Assembly: GCA_963810925.1 (NCBI GenBank)
Contig: CAWEPF010000008.1
Span: forward strand, 249,994 to 313,993
Reading direction: 5' to 3'
Source of the DNA: an uncultured Chloroflexia bacterium
GTDB taxonomy: Bacteria > Chloroflexota > Limnocylindria > QHBO01
Length of the DNA stretch: 64,000 nt
The position numbers and the translations under genes were made by a program. The first letter of the stretch is position 1. Each line of letters opens with the position of its first letter. The notes below the pieces were generated by a model, which had not been told where the DNA came from, did no database searches, and saw nothing but the letters and a program-made list of their open reading frames with translations. Below are positions 39,541 through 48,926 of the stretch, piece after piece.

Positions 39541-40284
39541 CTATACCGGACCACTGATCCCGCCGTCCTTCCGGATCCGCCAGAAGTGGATGACCATGAA
39601 CGTGGCGGTGATCAGCGGGAAGGCGATGACGTGGAAGACGTAGAACCGGATGAGCGTCTCCTGGCCGACCTCGATGCTGCCCAGCAGGATGAGGTTCGAC
39701 TCCGCGGGGACGAGCGGGGCGTAGGCGGCCATCTGGGTGCCCACCGTGACGGCCCAGAAGGCGATCTGGTCCCACGGCAGCAGGTAGCCGGTGAAGCTCA
39801 GCCAGAGGGTGCAAAAGAGCAGGAACACGCCGACCGCCCAGTTCCACTCGCGGGGCGGCTTGTAGGCCCCGTGATAGAAGACCCGCATCATGTGCAGGAA
39901 CACGGTCAGCACCATGAGGTGGGCGCCCCATCGGTGCATGTTCCGGATGAGCGAGCCGAAGGCCACGCTGTTCTCGATGGACAGGATGTCCTGGTAGGCG
40001 CGGTCGACCGAGGGGATGTAGAAGAACATCAGGTACAGCCCGGTCACGGTCAGGACCAGGAACAGGAAGAAGCTCACCCCGCCCAGGCAGAACGTGTACG
40101 TGTAGCGCACCGCGTGGCGCTTGACCCGCACAGGGTGCAGGTGCAGGAACACGTTGTTCATGACCGCCAGCGCGCGGGTTCGGCTGGTGGTGGGGTATGG
40201 CTGACGGATCAGCGAGCGCCAGAAGTTGGACTCCTTGACGAGCCGAATGGGAAGCCAGTCCTGCCCGGGCGGCTTACGCGTCAC
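39541..40284 (-). CDS. cytochrome b6-like (N-terminal four-helix cytochrome b)
   Basis: H-x13-H in MHRWGAHLMVLTVFLH and H-x14-H in FHVIAFPLITATFMVIH. ATGA overlap with the upstream flavoprotein gene. Confidence 0.85.
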   Translation of the reverse strand: MTRKPPGQDWLPIRLVKESNFWRSLIRQPYPTTSRTRALAVMNNVFLHLHPVRVKRHAVRYTYTFCLGGVSFFLFLVLTVTGLYLMFFYIPSVDRAYQDILSIENSVAFGSLIRNMHRWGAHLMVLTVFLHMMRVFYHGAYKPPREWNWAVGVFLLFCTLWLSFTGYLLPWDQIAFWAVTVGTQMAAYAPLVPAESNLILLGSIEVGQETLIRFYVFHVIAFPLITATFMVIHFWRIRKDGGISGPV

Positions 40285-42254
40285 CGCTCGACCACGACCC
40301 CGGCCTGTTGGCCAACCTGCCCCAGCACGTTGTCCTTGTAGCTCTCCAGAAGCACTTTGCCGTCAGGGGTGAACCGCTCGAGCTCGAGCCGGTCCATCGT
40401 GATGCAGTTGGTGGGGCACCGCTCGACGCACAGGTTGCATCGGATGCAGCGCTCCTCATCGATGATCATCGCGATGCCCCGGGGCCACGACTGGAAGAGG
40501 TCGACCTCGGGGTCATCGCCACCTACCTGCGCCTTGTCGACCATGTAGATCACGCCTTCGGGGCAGACGTCAGCGCAGAGCCCGCACAGGATACAGCGGG
40601 GTCCGTCGATGTTGATGTTGTGGTTGCACTGGAGGCAGCGGGCCCCCTCGGCCACCGCGCTGCGCGTGTCGTAGCCGATCTCCACCAGCCCGGTGAAGTC
40701 GCGCCGCATCTCAGGCGGGGCCATGGGGATGTGCTGGCGCGGGATGGCCTCGTAGAAGCGCGGCATGTCGTGGTCGAGGGCCTGGGTGATGGTCGCCCGG
40801 TTGATGACCGGCAGCTCGGCCAGCTCCTCGTCGCGAACCCCGCCCAGCCAGCGGTCGACCGATCGCGCGCAGCGACGGCCCAGGCCCGCGGCCTCGATGA
40901 TCGTGGCCGGTCCGGTGACGTAGTCGCCCACCGCGAAGATGCCGTCCACGTTCGAGGCGAACGTGTTGCGATCGGTGACGACCTTGCCGCGCAGGATCTC
41001 GAACTCGAGCGCGTTCAGCTTGCGACCGTCGGGACCGATGGGAGTCGAGCCATTCATCGGCTGGCTGCCCCACGAGGTGATGGAGCCACCGGCCACGACC
41101 TCGCGCGTATCGGTCACGCCGATGTGCCGGTTCAGGGCGGCGCCGTACTCGCCCAGCACGTTGTTGTCCGGGGCCTGGCTGGTGCAGGGGATGACCATGT
41201 CGCACGGCACGACGAAGTCGCTGCCCGGGATGGCCTCGGCGGTTCGGCGACCGGACGCGTCGGGCGGGCCGAGCTGGGTCCGCTGGAAGACGACGCCCTT
41301 CACCCGGCCCTGGTCATCGGACAGGATCTCGACCGGTGCCGCGAAGTATTCGAAGCGCACGCCCTCGAACCGGGTCTCGTGCTGCTCCTCCTCGTCCACC
41401 ACCATCTCCTCGGGACCACGGCGATAAGCGACGACGCTGGTCTTGGCCCCCAGGCGCAGGGCGGTGCGGCTCGAGTCCATGGCCGTGTAGCCGCCACCGA
41501 TGACGAGGACGTGCTCGCCCACCCACTGCTCCTGGCCGAGGTTGGCGCGCTTGAGGAAGTCGACCCCGTAGATGACCCCGTCCAGCTCCTCGCCCGGGAC
41601 GTTCATGGCGACCGGGTACATGCAGCCGGTGGCCACCACCACCGCGTCATGCTGGGCGCGCAGCTGGTCCATCGTGATGTCCCGCCCGATCTCGACGTTG
41701 TAGTGGAACTCGACGCCGTGCTTGGCGACCCAGTTCACGTCCAGCTCGATGACGTCACGCGGGAGACGGAAGGCCGGGACCCCGATCAGGGTCGTGCCGC
41801 CGCCCGAGGGGAGCGCGTCGTACACGTGGACCTGATGGCCCCACGAGCCAAGCTCCTTGGCGGCGGCGAGGCCCGCCGGCCCGGCACCGATGACCGCAAC
41901 GCTCTTCCCGGTCGGCGGCGCGACCTGGATGTCGTCCGGCATGTTGTTGGCGTAGTGCCAGTCGACCAGGAACCGCTTCATGGCCCGGATGGCGAGTGGC
42001 TTGTCGATGTCCGCCCGGCGGCAGGCCTTCTCGCAGGGCGCCGAGCACACGTAGCCGCAGATCGCGGCGACCGGGTTCGGATCGCGGGCCAGGATGTAGC
42101 CCTCCTCGAACCGGCCCTCGGCGGCGAGCATGAGATAGCCGCGGCAGTTCGTGTTGACCGGGCAGCCTTCCTGGCATTCGATGTTGCACTGCAACCAGTC
42201 GACGCCGACCTCGGCGGTCTGGAATCGAAGAGGAACTGCGTCCTGGGAGGTCAC
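40281..42254 (-). CDS. GltD-like FAD/NAD(P)-dependent oxidoreductase fused to a 2x[4Fe-4S] ferredoxin domain
   Basis: N-terminal Cys clusters (CNIECQEGCP, CGYVCSAPCEKAC). Dinucleotide folds VAVIGAGPAGLAAA and VLVIGGGYTAMDSS. C-terminal CILCGLCADVCP and CIRCNLCVERCP. GTG start. Confidence 0.8.
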   Translation of the reverse strand: MTSQDAVPLRFQTAEVGVDWLQCNIECQEGCPVNTNCRGYLMLAAEGRFEEGYILARDPNPVAAICGYVCSAPCEKACRRADIDKPLAIRAMKRFLVDWHYANNMPDDIQVAPPTGKSVAVIGAGPAGLAAAKELGSWGHQVHVYDALPSGGGTTLIGVPAFRLPRDVIELDVNWVAKHGVEFHYNVEIGRDITMDQLRAQHDAVVVATGCMYPVAMNVPGEELDGVIYGVDFLKRANLGQEQWVGEHVLVIGGGYTAMDSSRTALRLGAKTSVVAYRRGPEEMVVDEEEQHETRFEGVRFEYFAAPVEILSDDQGRVKGVVFQRTQLGPPDASGRRTAEAIPGSDFVVPCDMVIPCTSQAPDNNVLGEYGAALNRHIGVTDTREVVAGGSITSWGSQPMNGSTPIGPDGRKLNALEFEILRGKVVTDRNTFASNVDGIFAVGDYVTGPATIIEAAGLGRRCARSVDRWLGGVRDEELAELPVINRATITQALDHDMPRFYEAIPRQHIPMAPPEMRRDFTGLVEIGYDTRSAVAEGARCLQCNHNINIDGPRCILCGLCADVCPEGVIYMVDKAQVGGDDPEVDLFQSWPRGIAMIIDEERCIRCNLCVERCPTNCITMDRLELERFTPDGKVLLESYKDNVLGQVGQQAGVVVER

Positions 42255-42354
42255 GGGCGTTCGGATCTCATCCAGCGTCCCCTTTGGCTCCCCCTGCAGT
42301 CAGCGGCGGAATCCCGGTGCGAACCGGCTCTCCGAGGCGAAAACCGGCAGTTCG

Positions 42355-42384
42355 ATGCTACCCGTCGCCCGCTCACGGTGTCAA
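42355..42384 (-). promoter_or_regulatory. candidate promoter of the flavoprotein-bc operon
   Basis: The minus strand reads TTGACA, an 18-nt spacer, then TAGCAT, about 95 nt upstream of the GTG start. Confidence 0.35.
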
Positions 42385-42411
42385 AGAAGGGGGCCACGGT
42401 CCAGCGCCTTC

Positions 42412-44430
42412 CTACCGGTTGAAATAGGTGGTCATGACCCGCCTGACGAGGGGCGCGGCGTCCGAGCCGCCGGTCCCCAGGTGGATGCGGGCCAGGACGG
42501 TGGCGACCACGATCTCCGAGTTCGTGGCCGGGGCGAAGGCCGGGAACCAGGCGTGCGGGTCCGGTCCACCGCTCTCCGCGGTGCCGCTCTTGCCGGCGAC
42601 CGGGATGCCGAACCCGTAGAACGCGGCGGTGGCCGTCCCATACGAATAGGTGGTCACCGCCTGGAGGGTCGTGACCAGGTAGTCCAGGGCGGCTCGGTCG
42701 ACGGGGATCTGCTGACGGACCTCTGGCTCGGTGGCGAGCACCACGGTGCCGTCGGGCAGGGTGGCGCTCTGGACGAGGCGCGGGGCCCACAAGGTCCCCC
42801 GGTTCGCAAAGGCGGCGTAGGCCAGGCCCTGCTGGAGCGGCGTGCCCAGGAACGAGCCCTGGCCGATGGCCAGCTGGACCTGGTCGAACGGCCCGAACGG
42901 AGAAAAGCTGCCGTCCCCACGGCGATGGCCCTCGAAGTACAGCGGGTCGGGCAGGATGCCGCCGGTCTCCGCGATCCAGCCGATGCCCGTGGGCTGACCA
43001 AATCCGAATTTCGCGATGAGATCGGTCAGGGCGGTGCGGTTGTGGTTGTAGACGAGCATGGACAGGGGCATGTAGGTCGTGTTGCAGCTGAAGGCCATGG
43101 CCTGGGCCAGGTCCACCGAATAGCCCAGTTGGTGGTCCTCGTAGTTGTGGAACGTGAATCCCTGGAGGTTCCAGGTCGACAGGCATGGCATCCGGGTGGC
43201 GGGGGTCGCGACGCCCTGCTGGAGGGCGGCGGCCAGGGTGAACGGCTTGAACGACGACCCGGTGGGGTACCCGGTCTCGGTCGCGTGGTTCGTCATCCGT
43301 GTCGCGCTGGGGGCCGCGATTGCAGCTCCGGCGTAGGTCGTCCCCAGGGTCATCGCGTTGGGGTTGAAGGAGGGAGCCGATGCCAGGGCCCAGATGTCGC
43401 CCGAATGCGGGTCGACGACCGCCGTCGCCGCCTCGGCATACGGGGCCAGCGCGGCCTCGGCCGTGCGCTGGATATCGGGCTGGATGGTGAGGAGCACGTC
43501 CGCGCCAGGGACCTCGGGATTCACCACCACCGGCTGCGCCGGCCCGTTGGCCGGCTGGGCCACGAGGCTGACCGATGCCTTCCCGCGGAGCAGCGCCTCG
43601 GCGCCGGCCTCGACGCCCCGTCGTCCTGCCAGCTGCCCGGTCGCGTAGCCATCGGCCGGCGGGCGGGCCGCGGCTTCGACATCGGTCAGGGGTGTTGCGT
43701 AGCCAACGGTCTGGCCCGCGAGGGACTCCTGGGGATAGACGCGCACTCCGTCAGACCGGGTCTCGGCCAGAACCGTGCCGTCGGCGGCCAGGATCCGACC
43801 GCGGACCGGCAGCGGGCCGCGCTCGAGCGTGAACCGGCCCGCGGTGGGGCCCAGCTCGGGAAACAGGAATTCGGGCGTCCAGCGCACCTCCCAGCCGGTG
43901 GGACCCATGGTCAGCTGCACCGTGCGGTCGAGGACGACGTCCCCCATGAGCTTCGTGTGCAGGGTCACGATTACCGGGACCTCGCGGGCCAGGACGGGGC
44001 CGAACACCACGCCCTGCGGGTCGATGGGCGGAGCGGGGCTGGCCGACGGTTCCGGTGTCGCCAGATCCGGCGGCGCGGGCGCGGGGTCATCCGGAGAGCG
44101 TGCTTCGGGCGGTCGAACGGTCAGCCTGGGTGAACCGATGGCCACGTCGATCGCGGTCAGGCCCACGGCCTCGGCCAGGCTCTGGTGGATGGCGGTGAAG
44201 CCGGCGCCGGTGAAGTGACCGCGGTCGGCTGCGGCCAGGACGTCGTGCATGCGGCGGTAGTCCCCGATGCGCCACAGGACGAGGAAGCGCTCCACGGCCT
44301 CGCGGGGCTGAACCTGCGAGGTCCAGCCCGCCGCGGCGGCGCGAGACGCCGTGACCGGGGCAGCCAGGGTCGAGACGAGGAACGCGAGCGCGAGTCCGAG
44401 GACCATGGCCCGCCGCGCGGGTCGGATCAC
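42412..44430 (-). CDS. class B penicillin-binding protein with NTF2-like N-terminal domain
   Basis: SSFKP (SxxK), SCN (SxN) and KSGTA (KTG) motifs with an N-terminal TM segment. GTG at 44430 forms a GTGA overlap with the upstream gene. Confidence 0.8.
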   Translation of the reverse strand: MIRPARRAMVLGLALAFLVSTLAAPVTASRAAAAGWTSQVQPREAVERFLVLWRIGDYRRMHDVLAAADRGHFTGAGFTAIHQSLAEAVGLTAIDVAIGSPRLTVRPPEARSPDDPAPAPPDLATPEPSASPAPPIDPQGVVFGPVLAREVPVIVTLHTKLMGDVVLDRTVQLTMGPTGWEVRWTPEFLFPELGPTAGRFTLERGPLPVRGRILAADGTVLAETRSDGVRVYPQESLAGQTVGYATPLTDVEAAARPPADGYATGQLAGRRGVEAGAEALLRGKASVSLVAQPANGPAQPVVVNPEVPGADVLLTIQPDIQRTAEAALAPYAEAATAVVDPHSGDIWALASAPSFNPNAMTLGTTYAGAAIAAPSATRMTNHATETGYPTGSSFKPFTLAAALQQGVATPATRMPCLSTWNLQGFTFHNYEDHQLGYSVDLAQAMAFSCNTTYMPLSMLVYNHNRTALTDLIAKFGFGQPTGIGWIAETGGILPDPLYFEGHRRGDGSFSPFGPFDQVQLAIGQGSFLGTPLQQGLAYAAFANRGTLWAPRLVQSATLPDGTVVLATEPEVRQQIPVDRAALDYLVTTLQAVTTYSYGTATAAFYGFGIPVAGKSGTAESGGPDPHAWFPAFAPATNSEIVVATVLARIHLGTGGSDAAPLVRRVMTTYFNR

Positions 44431-45146
44431 TGGGCCAGCGTCACCCGGCGAAAGCCCTCGGCGGCCGGATAGCCGGCCTGCTCCCCGAGCTCCTCGGCCC
44501 GCTGCCGCAGCCATCGCTCGGTCTCGGCGAAGTCCCGGAACTGGCTCTCGTGGTGGCGGAGGGCCGCGACCTTCCGGTCGAGGGTGTCCCCGATGTCCAC
44601 CAGCTGGTTCGCTTCGTTGGTCGACCACATGTACAGGTCGGTCACCTTCCACGGTTCAAGCCCCGCGGCGAGGTGCTCCGGAAAGTTCAGCGGATCCCGC
44701 GCGGTGGGGAAGACGGCGTCCACCACCACCTGGCCCACGGCCCGATGGTCGGCGTGGTTCACCCAGGCGTTGTTCACGAACAGGACGGTGGGGTCGTGGG
44801 TGATGACCACCTGGGGTCGATGCCGTCGGATGGCGCGCGTGACCTGCTCGCGCAGTGTGATGGTGGGCTCCACGCGCGCGTCGGACTCATCGAGGAATTC
44901 AACCGTGAGGACGCCGATCTCGGCCGCGGCGGCCCGCTGCTCCGCCTCACGACGGCGACCGAGCTCCTCCGGCTGGGTGGTCGGGTCATCCGATCCCTTG
45001 TCCCCGCGGGTCACCACCAGGTACGCGGCCTCGGTGCCTTCGACGACCCAGCGGGCAACGAGGCCGCCGGCACCGAACTCGATGTCGTCAGGATGGGCGG
45101 CGACGACCAACAGGCGCTCGGGGGTGGGCAGCTGGTCGCGGGCCAT
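44427..45146 (-). CDS. PIG-L/LmbE family N-acetylglucosaminyl deacetylase
   Basis: AHPDDIEFGAGG and HADH motifs. Confidence 0.8.
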   Translation of the reverse strand: MARDQLPTPERLLVVAAHPDDIEFGAGGLVARWVVEGTEAAYLVVTRGDKGSDDPTTQPEELGRRREAEQRAAAAEIGVLTVEFLDESDARVEPTITLREQVTRAIRRHRPQVVITHDPTVLFVNNAWVNHADHRAVGQVVVDAVFPTARDPLNFPEHLAAGLEPWKVTDLYMWSTNEANQLVDIGDTLDRKVAALRHHESQFRDFAETERWLRQRAEELGEQAGYPAAEGFRRVTLAQ

Positions 45147-47629
45147 CAGCTGCGCTCTGTGGTTTGGCGCGGGGAATCGAGGTTCACCAGGACGTCCCGC
45201 GTGGGATCCAGGTGCTCGACCGCCCAGTCGCCGATCCGGGTGTCATGGGTGAAGAGCACCACCTGGCGGTCACGACTGAGGTCGTGAAGCAGGCCCAGCA
45301 GCGCGTCCCGACGACCGTCATCGGCCTGGGCCGTGACCTCGTCCAGGAACAGTGGGGACGTCTCGCCGGTGGTGACCAGGTGCTCGGCGAGGGCCACCCG
45401 GAGGAGGAGGTACACCTGCTCACGCGCCCCCTCGGACAAGCGTCCCGCCTCGCGCCACTGGCCGGTGGTCGCCTCCTTGACCTGGACGCGCAGGTCCCGT
45501 GGGTCGACCGCCGCGTCGGTGTAGCGGCCGTTGGTGATGCGCGGCAGCGCGGACGTGACCGCCTTCTTCAGCACGGGTGCGAGATCGCGATGAACCTGCT
45601 CCTCGGACTGACGGAGCAGCTCGAGGGTGCGATCCAGCACGACAGCCACCGATTCGACGCGGGACAGCTCCGCGGTGGCCGTGGCCACCGCTTCCTCGGC
45701 GACCGCGACACTGGGCAGCCCATCGCGAAGCTGATGCGCTTCGCCGCCCAGGCGCGAGGCCTCCTGCTCGGCCGTGAGGCTCGCCGACCGGCGCGCGACC
45801 AGCGCCTGCTCGGCTGATGCAATCGCCGCCCGACCGTCACCGCCAACCGGGAGTGCGACCTGGTCGACGCCAGCCCGGGACAGTTGATCGGCCGCATCTC
45901 GGGCCTCTGCCTCGACCTCGGCCAAAGTTCGACCATCCAGGAGGTCGACCAGCTCCTGCCACTCGGCAATGGCCTGCTCGGAGGCGGCGAGCTCGGCCGT
46001 CTGTTCCTCCTGCCACGACTCCAGTCCAGCGACGACGTGCTGCAGATCCGTCCCATTGGCTGGCTGTCCGACGCGCTGCGCGGCGGCCCGGACCTCGGCC
46101 TCGGCCCGTTCGATGGCGGCCGCCGTTTCGGCCGCTGAGCCCTCGAGCTGCCGACGCGTCTCGAGCTCTCTCTGGAGCCCTTCGGCTCGGGCCGCCTCGG
46201 CTGCGCCCCGCGCCCGTTCCTCGCAGGCCGCCTGGTAGGCGGCCACGGCCAGGCGCAGGTCACCGCCCGCCTCAGAATCCCGGGCGCCAATGGCGTTCCG
46301 CAGTGCGTCGGATGCCTCGGCCACGCGGCGCTCGGCATCCTGCCGACGCGCGTCCAGGTCGGTCTGCACCGGGGGCCGGGAACCCGATGAGCGGCGGGAC
46401 AGGGCCATGCCCCCCAGCAGCAGGGCCGCGACCCCGAGCGCAAGCGCGACCAGCGCCGCGCCGGCCACGAATGCGGCCAGCGCCGCCACGCCGAGGAGCG
46501 CGGCACCGCCCCCGAGCCAGACCCACGTGGTCGCGGTCGCGGTGGGAACGTCCGGGGCGGCACCGGCCAGTTCGGCTGCGGCGCCTTCGGCCTGGTCGAG
46601 CGCGCTGAGAGCGGCCTGGACCGATGGGTGGGGGGTCAGGTCGCCGCGGGGGACGGCAGGAAGGTCTGCGATACGTTGGGCGATGGCTTGGCTGCCCGGG
46701 CCGTCCAGGACGGCGAGCGCGGGGCGGTTGTGCCACGCCGCGAGGGCCGTGGCGACCAGGGCCTGCTCGGCCTGGGCCATGGCCAGCGGGGCTGGTGCGG
46801 TTGGATGGCGCGTGGCGAGCTGAGCGGCCCGTTGGGCGCGCGCGATGGCCATGCCGGCGCGGGCCTGGGCGTGCGCTGCCTCGGCGTGCGCGAGGGCGCC
46901 GCGGGCCTGGATCGCACGAGCGGCAGCTGCCTGTGCCGCGACGGCGCCCGCGAGGTATCGGTCATGCCGAGCCTGCGCGTCCCCCAGCGCCGCGGTGGAT
47001 TCCGCGACGGCCTGCCGAGCCTGCCGCAGGGGGCCTACCGCGACGCGAGTGTCGGCCCCCACCGCGGTCTTCCGGAAATCGGTCAGGCGGCTGATGGCTT
47101 CGGCGGCTGTGGCGTCCCGTCCCGCGCTGGCGGCCGCGCGCTGGAGGTCGTCCTGCAGGCCGTCCGCCGAGTCGAGGATGGACAGGATCCTGGCCTGGTC
47201 CACCGACACGGTAGCGGCGAAGGCCTGCCGGTCGAGCCCGAGCCAGCGCGAGGCGTCCGGGCTCCCGTCGGCGATGATCTCGGCCGACACGTCGCGCCCA
47301 AGGCCCACGTCCATGGCCCGGCAGTCGACCCGACCGCCCAGGTCCTGGCTCAGCTCGATGACTCGACCGTCATCGAGGTGCAGGCGGGCGCCGACCTCCC
47401 ACGGTCCCTCGACGTCGTCCCACGGCCGATATCGCTCGGTCTCGCGGTCCTCGAGCGTCCGACCGCCTTTTCCACGGCGTCGTCCGGTGAGGGCCAGCCG
47501 GGTGGCCGCATGCCAGGTGGACTTGCCGGCCTCGTTGGGTCCCACGACGACCGTCAACCCGGGCGCGAGGTCCAGGACGGCATCGCGCAGCAGCCCGAAT
47601 GCGCGCGCGCTGACCTGCTCGACCCACAT
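45146..47629 (-). CDS. SbcC/YhaN-like SMC-type AAA ATPase with a central two-TM hairpin
   Basis: GPNEAGKST Walker A, long Ala/Glu/Arg coiled coil and C-terminal LFLDEV...VVLFTHD. Two hydrophobic helices (WVWLGGGAALLGVAALAAFVAGAALVALALGVAALLLGGMAL) sit at mid-length. Confidence 0.75.
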   Translation of the reverse strand: MWVEQVSARAFGLLRDAVLDLAPGLTVVVGPNEAGKSTWHAATRLALTGRRRGKGGRTLEDRETERYRPWDDVEGPWEVGARLHLDDGRVIELSQDLGGRVDCRAMDVGLGRDVSAEIIADGSPDASRWLGLDRQAFAATVSVDQARILSILDSADGLQDDLQRAAASAGRDATAAEAISRLTDFRKTAVGADTRVAVGPLRQARQAVAESTAALGDAQARHDRYLAGAVAAQAAAARAIQARGALAHAEAAHAQARAGMAIARAQRAAQLATRHPTAPAPLAMAQAEQALVATALAAWHNRPALAVLDGPGSQAIAQRIADLPAVPRGDLTPHPSVQAALSALDQAEGAAAELAGAAPDVPTATATTWVWLGGGAALLGVAALAAFVAGAALVALALGVAALLLGGMALSRRSSGSRPPVQTDLDARRQDAERRVAEASDALRNAIGARDSEAGGDLRLAVAAYQAACEERARGAAEAARAEGLQRELETRRQLEGSAAETAAAIERAEAEVRAAAQRVGQPANGTDLQHVVAGLESWQEEQTAELAASEQAIAEWQELVDLLDGRTLAEVEAEARDAADQLSRAGVDQVALPVGGDGRAAIASAEQALVARRSASLTAEQEASRLGGEAHQLRDGLPSVAVAEEAVATATAELSRVESVAVVLDRTLELLRQSEEQVHRDLAPVLKKAVTSALPRITNGRYTDAAVDPRDLRVQVKEATTGQWREAGRLSEGAREQVYLLLRVALAEHLVTTGETSPLFLDEVTAQADDGRRDALLGLLHDLSRDRQVVLFTHDTRIGDWAVEHLDPTRDVLVNLDSPRQTTERS

Positions 47630-47632
47630 CGG

Positions 47633-48727
47633 TCAGACCACCTCCAGGTCGCGGCGCCCGTCCAGCGCGCGCAGTCCGGTGGTCACCACCTGGCGGCGGA
47701 GCTCGGGGTCCTCGATGTCGTCCGTCGCCAGTCGCACGAACTGGCCGCGGACCGTGGACTCGGTGGCCAGGCGCTCGAGGTCATACGCGACGACAAGTCC
47801 GCCATCACGGACCACGAGATCGTCCAGGTGTGCGCCGACCCCCGCCCAGGTGGCGGGGCCGACCTCCGCCTCGGCGGCCAGCTCCCCGGTGAGCGTCACC
47901 CGCACACATCCGGTCAGGGGCGCCAGCGCCGCCTCCAGCTGGGCGCGGACCTCGTCGCCATGGCGCGCGCCGTCCACGGGCAGGACGAGGTCGTGCACGA
48001 CCGAGGTGGCCACGATCCGCCGCTCGCGCGCCACGGACCCATCCGCACCCACGACCGCAAGAACGGCGCCGCGATCCCCGGTCTCTCCGAAGTCCAGCGG
48101 ATCGGGGTTGCCCGGGTAGGTGTAGCGCTCGGCATCCCGCGGAGCGTGGAAATGGCCGAGGAACGCATGCGTGATGCCCGCCGCCTCGAGCTCGGCGGCC
48201 TCGAACGGGGCGTGCGGCATCTTGCCGCTCCCCTGCTGGGCCAGGAACCCGCGCTCCGAGGCGTGGGCCAGGGCGAGATGGATACCGCCGCGATCCGGCC
48301 GGAAGGCGGCGAAGAAGCCATCGGTGTTGGCCGGTGCGCGGTGGGCAGCCCCCCACAGGGTGAGGCCGTCGCCCAGGGCCATCGGGGTGAGCCGGTCCTC
48401 GGTGAACAGGTGGACGTTGGCGGACCACTCCGTCACGGCGTACGGACTGGCATCGGAGTACCAGTCGTGGTTGCCCGGCGCCAGGTAGACCGGGATGGCC
48501 GTGCGACCGAAGGTGGCGCGCAGGAACTCCACGGTGTCCGGCGCGATCCGATCGTGCTCGAAGAGGTCCCCGCCACTGAGGATGGCATCGACCTGCTCGG
48601 CCTCGGCCAGGTCGATGATCCGGGTCAGGGTGGTGCGCCGGTTCTGGCGGCGCAGCGCGGCCGTCGCCGGCTTCGCCCAGGTAAATGGGGCGTCGAGATG
48701 CAGGTCGGCGAACAGGAGGAGCTTCAT
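47633..48727 (-). CDS. SbcD/YhaO-like metallophosphoesterase
   Basis: FADLHLD, GGDLFE and GNHD motifs. Its stop lies 3 nt before the ATPase start. Confidence 0.8.
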   Translation of the reverse strand: MKLLLFADLHLDAPFTWAKPATAALRRQNRRTTLTRIIDLAEAEQVDAILSGGDLFEHDRIAPDTVEFLRATFGRTAIPVYLAPGNHDWYSDASPYAVTEWSANVHLFTEDRLTPMALGDGLTLWGAAHRAPANTDGFFAAFRPDRGGIHLALAHASERGFLAQQGSGKMPHAPFEAAELEAAGITHAFLGHFHAPRDAERYTYPGNPDPLDFGETGDRGAVLAVVGADGSVARERRIVATSVVHDLVLPVDGARHGDEVRAQLEAALAPLTGCVRVTLTGELAAEAEVGPATWAGVGAHLDDLVVRDGGLVVAYDLERLATESTVRGQFVRLATDDIEDPELRRQVVTTGLRALDGRRDLEVV

Positions 48728-48776
48728 CGCTCGGCCGCCATGGTCATCGGCCGCCCTGACAGGTCGCGTGTCGCGC

Positions 48777-48926
48777 TCACGACTCCGCGTGGTCCGGGGA
48801 GCGCCGAGCGGCGAAGACGGTCAGGCCAATGGCAAGCACGAGGAACAGGTGGACGATCGGACCGATCTCCAGCAGCAGCCCAATGAACCAGGCGGTGACG
48901 GCCAGGCCGACGGCGAGCCAGATCAC
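48777..48926 (-). CDS. 49-aa two-TM mini-protein (lmo0937-like), below the ORF-track cutoff
   Basis: Hand translation: VIWLAVGLAVTAWFIGLLLEIGPIVHLFLVLAIGLTVFAARRSPDHAES. The GTG overlaps the previous mini-ORF stop (GTGA). Confidence 0.3.
   Translation of the reverse strand: MIWLAVGLAVTAWFIGLLLEIGPIVHLFLVLAIGLTVFAARRSPDHAES

Noticed and set aside
40308-42422. 704-aa plus-strand ORF antisense to the GltD-like gene
   Set aside because: It has an R/G/D/H-rich low-complexity translation. The opposite strand encodes a protein with multiple precise cofactor motifs.
46628-48886. 752-aa plus-strand ORF across the SbcCD-like genes, and the similar 50632-52902 (756 aa), 7272-8834 (520 aa), 1556-2977 (473 aa) and 4484-5674 (396 aa) ORFs
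   Set aside because: All are GC-shadow ORFs. They have biased composition, no recognisable domains, and each fully overlaps a well-supported gene. The 4484-5674 ORF also runs through a tRNA.
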